Origin: a virus
Taxonomy: Duplodnaviria > Caudoviricetes
DNA length: 44,288 bases
Direction: 5' to 3' (one strand)
IMG/VR virus record: IMGVR_UViG_3300032332_000835
Span: 1-44,288 of that record
Below are positions 10,741 to 19,081 of this stretch, in pieces. Numbering within the stretch: the first letter of the stretch is position 1; each line of letters starts with the position of its first letter. The notes beneath the pieces are model-generated. The model was given only the letters and a program-made list of their open reading frames with translations. It was not told where the DNA came from and searched no databases. Made by a program: the position numbers and the translations under genes.

Positions 10741-11463
10741 ATGCAATCAAATAGAGTTATAACTGTAACGTATAATAATTTTTATGGCAAATTAAGAAAT
10801 GGTGATATTCTTGGAATTTGCAACATTCTTGCACACGTTAGAAAAGTTGAAAATGATGATAGTATAAAAATTCATATTCCCGAAAATCTTATTTTTCAAC
10901 CAGAATTTGGAATAAAATTTTTTAATTTTGTTAAAAAAAATACGGACTATTTTTCAGATGAACCAGGAAATTTACATTTCACATATGAAAATATAAATTT
11001 TTGGGACTATAGGTCTGTTATAGGCGACAATATTAAAATTGATAATTCCAATTATATTAAAAAAAATAAAATTTGCATTTTTCCTATTTTTGATGCTCCA
11101 TATAACACATATAGAAATTGGAGCATAGAACTCACCAATTACATTATAGAAAAATATAAATCCGAATATAAAGAATATGAAATTTTTATTTGCGTCGATA
11201 AAGAATTAAACATTTATTATGAAAAATTAAATTTAGATGGTATAAATTTATCATTTGATTTTGAACAAAATTTAAATCATATTTTTACTTGTAAAGTTTA
11301 TGTTGGTGGTGATACAGGTACAAGTCATTTAGCCGGTTCTGTAACCAACCCAGCGATTAATGATTACTATTATTCTTGTGAAGGATTACTCCATACATTA
11401 CCTCTTAACTATAAGACAAATGGTAATGTAAAAATGTATAGTAAATATGGTTGCACACAATAA
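10741..11463 (+). CDS. Putative GT-B glycosyltransferase (GT9 heptosyltransferase-like)
   Basis: N-terminal GD motif, YRNW, and YVGGDTGTSHLA (compare GT9 D(S/T)GxxHLA). Confidence 0.6.
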   Translation: MQSNRVITVTYNNFYGKLRNGDILGICNILAHVRKVENDDSIKIHIPENLIFQPEFGIKFFNFVKKNTDYFSDEPGNLHFTYENINFWDYRSVIGDNIKIDNSNYIKKNKICIFPIFDAPYNTYRNWSIELTNYIIEKYKSEYKEYEIFICVDKELNIYYEKLNLDGINLSFDFEQNLNHIFTCKVYVGGDTGTSHLAGSVTNPAINDYYYSCEGLLHTLPLNYKTNGNVKMYSKYGCTQ

Positions 11464-11478
11464 GAATTAGGTGTTATT

Positions 11479-12414
11479 ATGAATGAGAATTTATCCAAGT
11501 TACATGATTTTGTTGATAATTTTGTAAATAGAATATCAGATTATCCTGAAAACCAATATTCTGGTAAAGGTATTGTTACAACATCTTACGATAAAGAATT
11601 TGAAAGTTCATGGGTACTTTTGAATGAACTAAAAAGATTAAATGTTAACCTTCCTGTAGAAATCTTTTACAAAGAAGGAGAATTGTCTGAAAAACAAATC
11701 GACATCATTTCAAATATTGATCCAAAATTTAAATTAAAATTGTTGAAAGGCGATGTAAGTGGATGGAGCATTAAACCTTTTTCAATCTTACAAAGTTCTT
11801 TTGAAGAAGTTATTTGGATCGATTCAGATAACTGTCCAGTTCAAAATATTGAATTCTTATTTGATGACAATGAATATAAAGAAAAAGGATCTATTTTTTG
11901 GAGAGATATTTCTAACGAGGCATTCAATTACCCAACCGCGGAAACATGGCAAGTTTTTAATGTTCCGTATAATGATTGTGAAAAATTTGAAACGGGTCAA
12001 ATTGTTTTAAATAAGAAAAAATGTTGGAAACAGTTTCAATTGTGTTTATTTTATACAATGAATTCAAATTTTTATTATCAATTTGTACACGGTGATACTG
12101 GAACATTCAAATTCGCCTTTTTGTATTTGAATAGAGATAAACCTTATTATAGAATAAACTATCATTCTGATAGTTCTTTAGTGCCTTTTGGATTTATGCC
12201 TTATGGACCATTTCATGTTGGAGAACCTAACATGTATGGCAAATGGGGTGGCGGTTGCGTTTTAGCGCAAAGAGATAGAGAAGGTGAAGTATTGTTCAAT
12301 CATAGAACAATAAATAAATTTAAATTGAATGAAAGTGTATATCAAAGACATGTTATTAATGAAAAATATTATCATGAACACATGGAAGAATTGAAAAAAA
12401 TTTATAGTGAATAG
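11479..12414 (+). CDS. GT71/Mnn2-like alpha-mannosyltransferase family protein
   Basis: GKGIVT, LPVEIFY, IKPFSILQSSFEEVIWIDSDN, GSIFWRD, ETGQIVLNKKK and GDTGTFKFA. Confidence 0.75.
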   Translation: MNENLSKLHDFVDNFVNRISDYPENQYSGKGIVTTSYDKEFESSWVLLNELKRLNVNLPVEIFYKEGELSEKQIDIISNIDPKFKLKLLKGDVSGWSIKPFSILQSSFEEVIWIDSDNCPVQNIEFLFDDNEYKEKGSIFWRDISNEAFNYPTAETWQVFNVPYNDCEKFETGQIVLNKKKCWKQFQLCLFYTMNSNFYYQFVHGDTGTFKFAFLYLNRDKPYYRINYHSDSSLVPFGFMPYGPFHVGEPNMYGKWGGGCVLAQRDREGEVLFNHRTINKFKLNESVYQRHVINEKYYHEHMEELKKIYSE

Positions 12415-12419
12415 ACATT

Positions 12420-13079
12420 ATGAGAAAAATACCTATTGTAGTTACCGCGTATTGTGATGGTGAAGGGTCTGAAATTAAAATTCGAATGGCAGAAAAACTT
12501 TGCCAAGAACTGAACAAAACTGGACACTATGTTTGTTTAGCAACACACTCAACATTACCTCAAAGTGTACAAAAACTTTGCAACGCATATATTTACGATT
12601 CTGACAACGATTTTCATATCGATGGTTTACCCGTAGAAGGGCGAAATCATGGCATAGCTGAAATCAAATCTGTACATAACGCATTAAATTATTTGGAAAG
12701 ATTTGGTTTTAAAGAATTCTTCAAAGTGAGTTATGACATAGATCCAACTTTACCATTTAACACTATTATTGAGAGAGCTCAATTTATTGTCGATAATTAT
12801 AATAAAGAATTTGTTGGTTCTGGATGGGGTGATAACAGAACATTGGCAGCACTAACATATTATTCCACATTTGATTTTTTTCGTAAAATTACTCCACTTG
12901 AAACACCAGAAAAATATAAATCGTGTTTCGAAGTCAGTTGGTTTTTAAGTGCTGAAGAAAAAGGCGTATTGGACAAAGTATACATATCACATATTAGATT
13001 GTATGATGATTTTTTGGGGTTTGTTATTAGAGATTATTCTCATCAAGCCGGCACAGAAATAGATTATTACCCACATTAG
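12420..13079 (+). CDS. Hypothetical protein of the glycan island (possible GT-A-like)
   Basis: Tightly packed 219-aa ORF with a KVSYD motif; no family recognised. Confidence 0.6.
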   Translation: MRKIPIVVTAYCDGEGSEIKIRMAEKLCQELNKTGHYVCLATHSTLPQSVQKLCNAYIYDSDNDFHIDGLPVEGRNHGIAEIKSVHNALNYLERFGFKEFFKVSYDIDPTLPFNTIIERAQFIVDNYNKEFVGSGWGDNRTLAALTYYSTFDFFRKITPLETPEKYKSCFEVSWFLSAEEKGVLDKVYISHIRLYDDFLGFVIRDYSHQAGTEIDYYPH

Positions 13080-13088
13080 GTTGAACAT

Positions 13089-14474
13089 ATGATAACAAAT
13101 AAATTAATTATTTTTGACTTGGATGGAGTATTAATTGACTCCAGAGAATTACATTATGATGCGTTAAATGATGCTCTCAGAAAAATTGATGAGAAATATG
13201 TAATTTCCAGACAAGAACATCTTAGTTTATATGATGGATTAAACACCACAAGAAAACTAAAGATGTTGACAGAATATAAAGGCCTGCCCGTTTCTGAATA
13301 TGATTCTGTGTGGAATTCCAAACAAAAATCAACATTTGAATTGCTTCGTAGATTTAATCCAGAGTTTTATTTAAGTGCCATTTTTAACATGGCAAAAAAT
13401 CGTGGTTACAAGATCGCAGTTGCATCTAATTCTATTAGAGAAACTGTAAAAATATCTTTACTAAGTATTGAACTGATGGACTATGTTGATTATTATGTTA
13501 GTAATGAAGATGTGAGTCGTGCTAAACCATATCCAGAAATGTACTGGAAATGCATGACCGCACTCAATGCATTACCTAAAGATACAATTATTGTAGAAGA
13601 TAGTCATATTGGTAGACAAGGTGCTTTAGATTCGGGAGCTCATCTTCTAGCAGTTGAGAATTCGAATGAAGTGAATTCGCAATATATGTTGGAAAGGATT
13701 AGTAATTTTATGGATACTATTGAAGGGAAAACAAAAAAATCTTTACCGTGGCGAGATAATAAATTAAATGTTATTATTCCTATGGCGGGAGCTGGTAGTC
13801 GTTTCACTCAGGCAGGATATACTTTTCCAAAACCTTTGATTGAAGTTCGCGGCAAACCAATGATTCAAGTCGTTGTCGAAAATCTTAATGTTGAAGCAAA
13901 TTATATTTTCTTGGTCCAAAAACAACACTATGACAAATACAATCTAAAGTATTTACTTAATTTGATTGCGCCTAATTGCAAAATTGTTCTCGTTGATGGA
14001 TTGACAGAAGGGTCGGCATGTACTACACTATTAGCTAAAGAATTCATCGACAATGATGCCCCGCTTTTAATGGCAAATTCCGATCAATATGTTGAATGGA
14101 ATTCGAATGAATGTATGTACGCATTTTCTGCCGATGCAATAGATGGTGGTATTCTGACTTTTGAAGCAACACATCCTAAATGGTCTTATGCTAGAATAGG
14201 AGAAGACGGTTTTGTTTCTGATGTGGCAGAAAAGAAAGTAATCTCTAATAATGCGACTGTTGGTATTTACTATTGGAAAAAAGGTTCTGATTATGTTAAA
14301 TATGCAGAACAAATGATAGAAAAAAACATTCGCACAAATAATGAATTTTATATTTGTCCTGTTTTCAATGAGGCGATTCAAGATGGTAAAAAAATCCGAG
14401 TTAAACATATTGAAAAAATGTGGGGCATTGGAACACCAGAAGATTTAAATTATTTCTTAGAGAACAATAAATGA
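13089..14474 (+). CDS. HAD phosphatase fused to a sugar-phosphate nucleotidyltransferase (BcbE/GlmU-like)
   Basis: N-terminal IIFDLDGVL, KPYP and IVEDS..G. C-terminal IIPMAGAGSRF..GYTFPKPLI, ANSD, EKK and GTPEDL. Confidence 0.88.
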   Translation: MITNKLIIFDLDGVLIDSRELHYDALNDALRKIDEKYVISRQEHLSLYDGLNTTRKLKMLTEYKGLPVSEYDSVWNSKQKSTFELLRRFNPEFYLSAIFNMAKNRGYKIAVASNSIRETVKISLLSIELMDYVDYYVSNEDVSRAKPYPEMYWKCMTALNALPKDTIIVEDSHIGRQGALDSGAHLLAVENSNEVNSQYMLERISNFMDTIEGKTKKSLPWRDNKLNVIIPMAGAGSRFTQAGYTFPKPLIEVRGKPMIQVVVENLNVEANYIFLVQKQHYDKYNLKYLLNLIAPNCKIVLVDGLTEGSACTTLLAKEFIDNDAPLLMANSDQYVEWNSNECMYAFSADAIDGGILTFEATHPKWSYARIGEDGFVSDVAEKKVISNNATVGIYYWKKGSDYVKYAEQMIEKNIRTNNEFYICPVFNEAIQDGKKIRVKHIEKMWGIGTPEDLNYFLENNK

Positions 14475-15214
14475 AGGTTGCCGTATTATTTACAGGGAAC
14501 ATTAGGAGTTTTGACCAATGTAAACAAAATTTTATAGAAAAATTAAGTTTTTTAAATCCTGATTACTATGTAACAACATACGACACAAGATATAATTTTA
14601 GAACTTATGTAAATTTTCATAACGATGTTAATTTATCTGATGATGAAATTGTAAATTTCTTTTCAGGTATGAACGTAAAGGCGATAGAGATTGATAATTT
14701 GGCAAAAATGCTGGAGTATTTTAATTCGGAGAAACAAAAGTTTGACTCTTCAATGACTGAATGTGAACAAAATCATTTCTTACAGTTTTACAAATTTAAA
14801 AAAGGATTAGATTTAGTTTCTAATTATGAAAAGATTACAGACACAAAATATGATGTTTTGATTCGCGCTAGATTAGACCTTATAATGAAAGATATTAATC
14901 ACTTGGATCTTTCAAACTTAGAAAATACATTAATAAATGGTTGGGAGATATATTCAAAATGGACTGCTTCTCCAACATCTGATGAGAAAAAAGTTTGGAA
15001 TGATTTTTTTATGATTTCAACTTTAGATAACATGCATAAAATTATTGATAATCTTTTGTCGGAATTTTATAAAAAAACACATCAGAAAAGTCCTTATGCA
15101 TTTCCGCACGGTGTTTTCGAAGCGGGAATAGTTAAATCTAATTTGAAAGTTGAGAACGTAGATATATTGCATCGTATTATAAGATATGGTGATGTGACAG
15201 AATTTGTACAATAA
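14471..15214 (+). CDS. Putative glycosyltransferase-like protein, paralog 1
   Basis: MKVAVLFTGNIR ... YDVLIRARLD. Confidence 0.6.
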   Translation: MKVAVLFTGNIRSFDQCKQNFIEKLSFLNPDYYVTTYDTRYNFRTYVNFHNDVNLSDDEIVNFFSGMNVKAIEIDNLAKMLEYFNSEKQKFDSSMTECEQNHFLQFYKFKKGLDLVSNYEKITDTKYDVLIRARLDLIMKDINHLDLSNLENTLINGWEIYSKWTASPTSDEKKVWNDFFMISTLDNMHKIIDNLLSEFYKKTHQKSPYAFPHGVFEAGIVKSNLKVENVDILHRIIRYGDVTEFVQ

Positions 15215-15225
15215 GAGTAAATAAA

Positions 15226-15936
15226 ATGAAAATTGCAATGATGCTTGTGGGAAATTTTAGAACTTGGGACTCATGTAAAGAAAGTTTTATAAAAACTTTT
15301 GGTGAAATTGACACCTTTATTTGCAGTTATGATTTGAGATACGGTTATCACCCTAATGGATGGGGTGTAACTGATTTAAATGATGAACTTATTTCTGAAG
15401 ATGTCTGGACAAATTTTTTATCGGGCATAAATGTTAAAATGTGCCATATTGAAAAAATTGCCCATGCAAATAATCTTATACAAAACGAATTACCACATAT
15501 AAAACTTATTGTACCAAATATGCCACAGACATATGGACAGTATCGTAAATTTAAAATTGCAACAGATATGGTTCAAGAATATGAAAGAGAAAACAATTTT
15601 GAATATGATATTATTATTCGTAGTCGCCTAGATTTAGTTTACAATGATGCACCTTTAGACTATAATATAGGAGAAAATGAAGTTATTTACCATCATGGAA
15701 CAAGTCCACCAAGTGAATTTCTTGGTGATCAGTTCTTTTTCTCCAAAAGAAATAATATGATTAATATATCAGAATTCATATTTTCTGAATTTTATAAACC
15801 AATTTATGATGATAGTCACCTACATCCACCGCATGGTGTATTGCGAAACGCACTTAGGTACAATAATTTAACTAAAGTAAACCGTGATGTGGTAAAACAT
15901 CTGAAAAGAAAAAATGGAGTAGAATTAATACTATGA
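15226..15936 (+). CDS. Putative glycosyltransferase-like protein, paralog 2
   Basis: MKIAMMLVGNFR ... YDIIIRSRLD ... PHG. Confidence 0.6.
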   Translation: MKIAMMLVGNFRTWDSCKESFIKTFGEIDTFICSYDLRYGYHPNGWGVTDLNDELISEDVWTNFLSGINVKMCHIEKIAHANNLIQNELPHIKLIVPNMPQTYGQYRKFKIATDMVQEYERENNFEYDIIIRSRLDLVYNDAPLDYNIGENEVIYHHGTSPPSEFLGDQFFFSKRNNMINISEFIFSEFYKPIYDDSHLHPPHGVLRNALRYNNLTKVNRDVVKHLKRKNGVELIL

Positions 15937-16634
15937 TAAATTTATATAACGACAGTTCAAATATACAAAAAAATCAAGATGTATATGATAGTTTTAATAA
16001 CTTCATATTCAGTAATGATAGATCAGTTTTTAACAAACTGTATAGTAAAATGTTTTTCTATGAAAAAACAAAACATTTAGCTGGCGATATTGTTGAATGT
16101 GGAGTGTTCAAAGGATCAGGTCTTTTGGCATGGTTGAAAATACTATCGATGAATGAACCTAACAGCATTAAAAAAGTAATTGGATTTGATTTTTTTGATC
16201 CTAACTTTGTTGAAGATATGAAAGATGGCGTCGATAAAGATACAATGAAACAAGTTTTTACAAGAGATAAAAATTTAGATATTGATGATGTTTCGTATGA
16301 CGGCATTTACAATAAGATTATTAATGCTGGCTTTGATGATTCGAAATTTGAATTAATCAAAGGCGACATTACATCAACCGCTAAAAGAGCAATTGAAGAA
16401 AAACCAGGGTTTAGAATAAGTATATTATATTTGGATATGGATTTAGATAAACCAACATACGAAACACTTAACACACTATGGAATAATGTTGTTAAAGGTG
16501 GAATGATTATTTTTGATGAATACGCATATCACAGTTGGAGTGAATCTAATGGTGCAGATAGATTTATGAAAGAAATGAATTTGACATTGCATACAACAAA
16601 CATCAAAGCGCCAACAGGTTATATTATAAAATAA
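15933..16634 (+). CDS. TylF/MycF-family sugar O-methyltransferase
   Basis: GDIVECGVFKG, GFDFF, LYLDMDL and GGMIIFDEY. Confidence 0.85.
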   Translation: MINLYNDSSNIQKNQDVYDSFNNFIFSNDRSVFNKLYSKMFFYEKTKHLAGDIVECGVFKGSGLLAWLKILSMNEPNSIKKVIGFDFFDPNFVEDMKDGVDKDTMKQVFTRDKNLDIDDVSYDGIYNKIINAGFDDSKFELIKGDITSTAKRAIEEKPGFRISILYLDMDLDKPTYETLNTLWNNVVKGGMIIFDEYAYHSWSESNGADRFMKEMNLTLHTTNIKAPTGYIIK

Positions 16635-16643
16635 GGAATTAAA

Positions 16644-17363
16644 ATGAAAGTTGCTGTTGTTTTAACTGGTCATTTAAGATGTTGGAAGATTGTAGTTCCT
16701 AATTTCGAAGAAAGAATTTTAAAAAAATATAACCCTGATGTTTTTATTCATTCTTGGTCAGATGAAGGATATTGTGATCTTTCCGAAACATCTCTTAAAT
16801 TTGGTTATTACGAATCTTCACCATCGATTCCAGTTCAAGAAGTGAAAGATGCGTTTAATGCTAAAGAAATAGAAATTGAAGACTTCCGACTTTATAATGA
16901 TCAATATGAAGAATTTACTAAGCAATACACAGAACATCATGTAAGGCCTAAAAATTTATATTCTATGTTCAGTAAAATGAACCGAGGATTAATGATGATG
17001 GAAAATTATATGATTAAGACCAATCAACGATATGATTTGATATTGCGTCTGAGGCCAGATTTGATTTATAATGAAGACCTGCCAAATTTTAATCCGAATG
17101 TATTCTATACACATAGACATCCAAACCACATGGGTAGAGGCACAGGCGATATGATGCAGATTGGTAATCTATTTCATATGTCTCTTTTTTCAAAAATTTT
17201 ATATTTCATGCCTGAACTTTATAATGAAGTTGGTTATGTTTGTCCACATGAAATGTCATCTGCATTCATCTCTAAATTAAATCTTCCGTGGCAGGAATTA
17301 AACATTAACAAAACATTAATGCACACACCTAAAGGTGCATATGTGCCAAAGGAGCAATGGTAA
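16644..17363 (+). CDS. Putative glycosyltransferase-like protein, paralog 3
   Basis: MKVAVVLTGHLR, DVFIHSW, YDLILRLRPD and CPHE. Confidence 0.6.
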   Translation: MKVAVVLTGHLRCWKIVVPNFEERILKKYNPDVFIHSWSDEGYCDLSETSLKFGYYESSPSIPVQEVKDAFNAKEIEIEDFRLYNDQYEEFTKQYTEHHVRPKNLYSMFSKMNRGLMMMENYMIKTNQRYDLILRLRPDLIYNEDLPNFNPNVFYTHRHPNHMGRGTGDMMQIGNLFHMSLFSKILYFMPELYNEVGYVCPHEMSSAFISKLNLPWQELNINKTLMHTPKGAYVPKEQW

Positions 17364-17803
17364 TGATATATATTGCGCACAGAGGACTGATGCATGGTCC
17401 AAACAAAGAAATCGAAAATCATCCTGACCAAATAGAATTGGCTTTAAGTAAAGGTTATGATTGTGAAATCGATCTTTGGAAAATGGAAAACAAATACTTT
17501 TTAGGGCATGACGGTCCCGAATATGATGTAGATTTAAAATTTTTATCCCAACAGGGGTTGTGGATACATTGTAAAAATCTAAACGCATTACACGATATGT
17601 CAACTCAAGAAGAATTCTTCAATTATTTTTGGCATCAAACCGACGATTTCACACTAACTTCAAGTGGGATTATTTGGACTTATCCTGGTAAAAATCTAAC
17701 TAACAATAGTGTCTGTGTTGTACCTGAAAGATACATGGACATTAATCAATTCAAAGAAAGGTGTTTTGGTGTTTGTAGTGATTATGTTGGAGAGATGATT
17801 TGA
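17363..17803 (+). CDS. Minimal PLC-like/GDPD-family phosphodiesterase
   Basis: IAHRG, EN, CEIDLW, LGHD, WIHCKN and GVCSD. Confidence 0.75.
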   Translation: MIYIAHRGLMHGPNKEIENHPDQIELALSKGYDCEIDLWKMENKYFLGHDGPEYDVDLKFLSQQGLWIHCKNLNALHDMSTQEEFFNYFWHQTDDFTLTSSGIIWTYPGKNLTNNSVCVVPERYMDINQFKERCFGVCSDYVGEMI

Positions 17804-17860
17804 AGACATTATATATCAAATACAATCTTTATAAAAAAAATTGCATTGGGAGAAATAATA

Positions 17861-17868
17861 CATAAATA
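17861..17868 (+). promoter_or_regulatory. T4-type late promoter-like motif CATAAATA
   Basis: Intergenic, ahead of RBS AAGGA (17896) and ATG 17906. Confidence 0.55.
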
Positions 17869-17905
17869 GTAAAATGGCAATCAGAGTGTTTTGCAAAGGA
17901 AACTA

Positions 17906-19081
17906 ATGAAATCATTTTTATTCTTCTTAAAAGAAGAAACGGAAGAAGATAAATTAAAGCATATTGCTCATGCTGAAGATCGTCCATTGTTACATGGATC
18001 AGAAGGGTTTACGCATACCCATGGTGCCTTGATGCAGGCACATGAACACATTAAGTCTGGTGGAAACAGTTCAGCACTCACAATGAAATATGATGGATCG
18101 CCAGCAGTTGTATTTGGGCACCATCCAGAAAATGGCAAGTTCTTTGTTGCATCAAAGTCTGCATTTAATAAGACACCAAAAATCAATTACACTCATGCAG
18201 ATATTTTAAAAAATCATGGCCACGCACCAGGATTAGTAGAGAAACTTCATGCATCATTAAATCACCTCAAAAAGATTGCACCTAAAACGGGAGTGTATCA
18301 AGGCGACTTGATGTACACACATGACGATTTAAAACCCAAAAAGAACGGTAAAGTATCTTTTACACCAAATACAATCACCTACACCGCAAAAGGTGAAGAT
18401 GCTGATAAAATAAACAAATCGAAAATGGGAGTAGTGGTACATACACAGTATCATGGTAAAGATATTGCGTCGATGAAGGCAGATTCACATCCGGATTTGC
18501 ACAACTTTCACCATCATCCTGACGTTTGGCAAAAATCACCAAACCATGACACGAGACAAGTACATTATTCAGAACATGACCAAGAAGCGTTTCGTAAACA
18601 CATGGATGCAGCTAAAAAGATACATGATGAACATAGTAAAGAAATGTATAAGGCAACTGAACCACATCAAGGTGAAGGCAATCATTTAGAAACTTACATT
18701 AATGATACAGTCAGAAAAGATGAAACACCTTCAGTTGAAGGACTTAAAAAACACATTCAAAATAAATATAAGAAAGAGATTGCAAAGTTAAAAACACCTG
18801 CCGGAATCACAAGAAAACAAAATCAAGCTGACGCACACACAAATCACATAGAAAGTAATAAAGAACATTACAACAATCTGTTAAAGATGCACCATCATTT
18901 ACAACAAGCAAAAAATGTATTGGTGAATACACTTCAGCAACATGAAGGCGGATTAGAGCACCATATTGAAGGTAAAAAAACAGGTCCGGAAGGGTTTGTT
19001 ATTAATCATGCTGGCAAGCCAACCAAATTGGTGGATCGTGCAGAATTTGCTAAAGCCAATCTCTTAAAGGTTAGAAAATGA
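17906..19081 (+). CDS. RNA-ligase-like nucleotidyltransferase (DUF6267-like), His-rich, putative internal virion protein
   Basis: Ligase motif I TMKYDGSP, YQGDLMY, motif IV EGFV and motif V KLV. Leader MKSFLFFLKEE. Confidence 0.7.
   Translation: MKSFLFFLKEETEEDKLKHIAHAEDRPLLHGSEGFTHTHGALMQAHEHIKSGGNSSALTMKYDGSPAVVFGHHPENGKFFVASKSAFNKTPKINYTHADILKNHGHAPGLVEKLHASLNHLKKIAPKTGVYQGDLMYTHDDLKPKKNGKVSFTPNTITYTAKGEDADKINKSKMGVVVHTQYHGKDIASMKADSHPDLHNFHHHPDVWQKSPNHDTRQVHYSEHDQEAFRKHMDAAKKIHDEHSKEMYKATEPHQGEGNHLETYINDTVRKDETPSVEGLKKHIQNKYKKEIAKLKTPAGITRKQNQADAHTNHIESNKEHYNNLLKMHHHLQQAKNVLVNTLQQHEGGLEHHIEGKKTGPEGFVINHAGKPTKLVDRAEFAKANLLKVRK

Noticed and set aside
7355-17803. T4-style DNA glucosylation (hmC alpha/beta-glucosyltransferases)
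   Set aside because: No dCMP hydroxymethylase or recognisable agt/bgt of the T4 type in the window, and the enzyme set implies a complex glycan. Not excluded for the rest of the genome.
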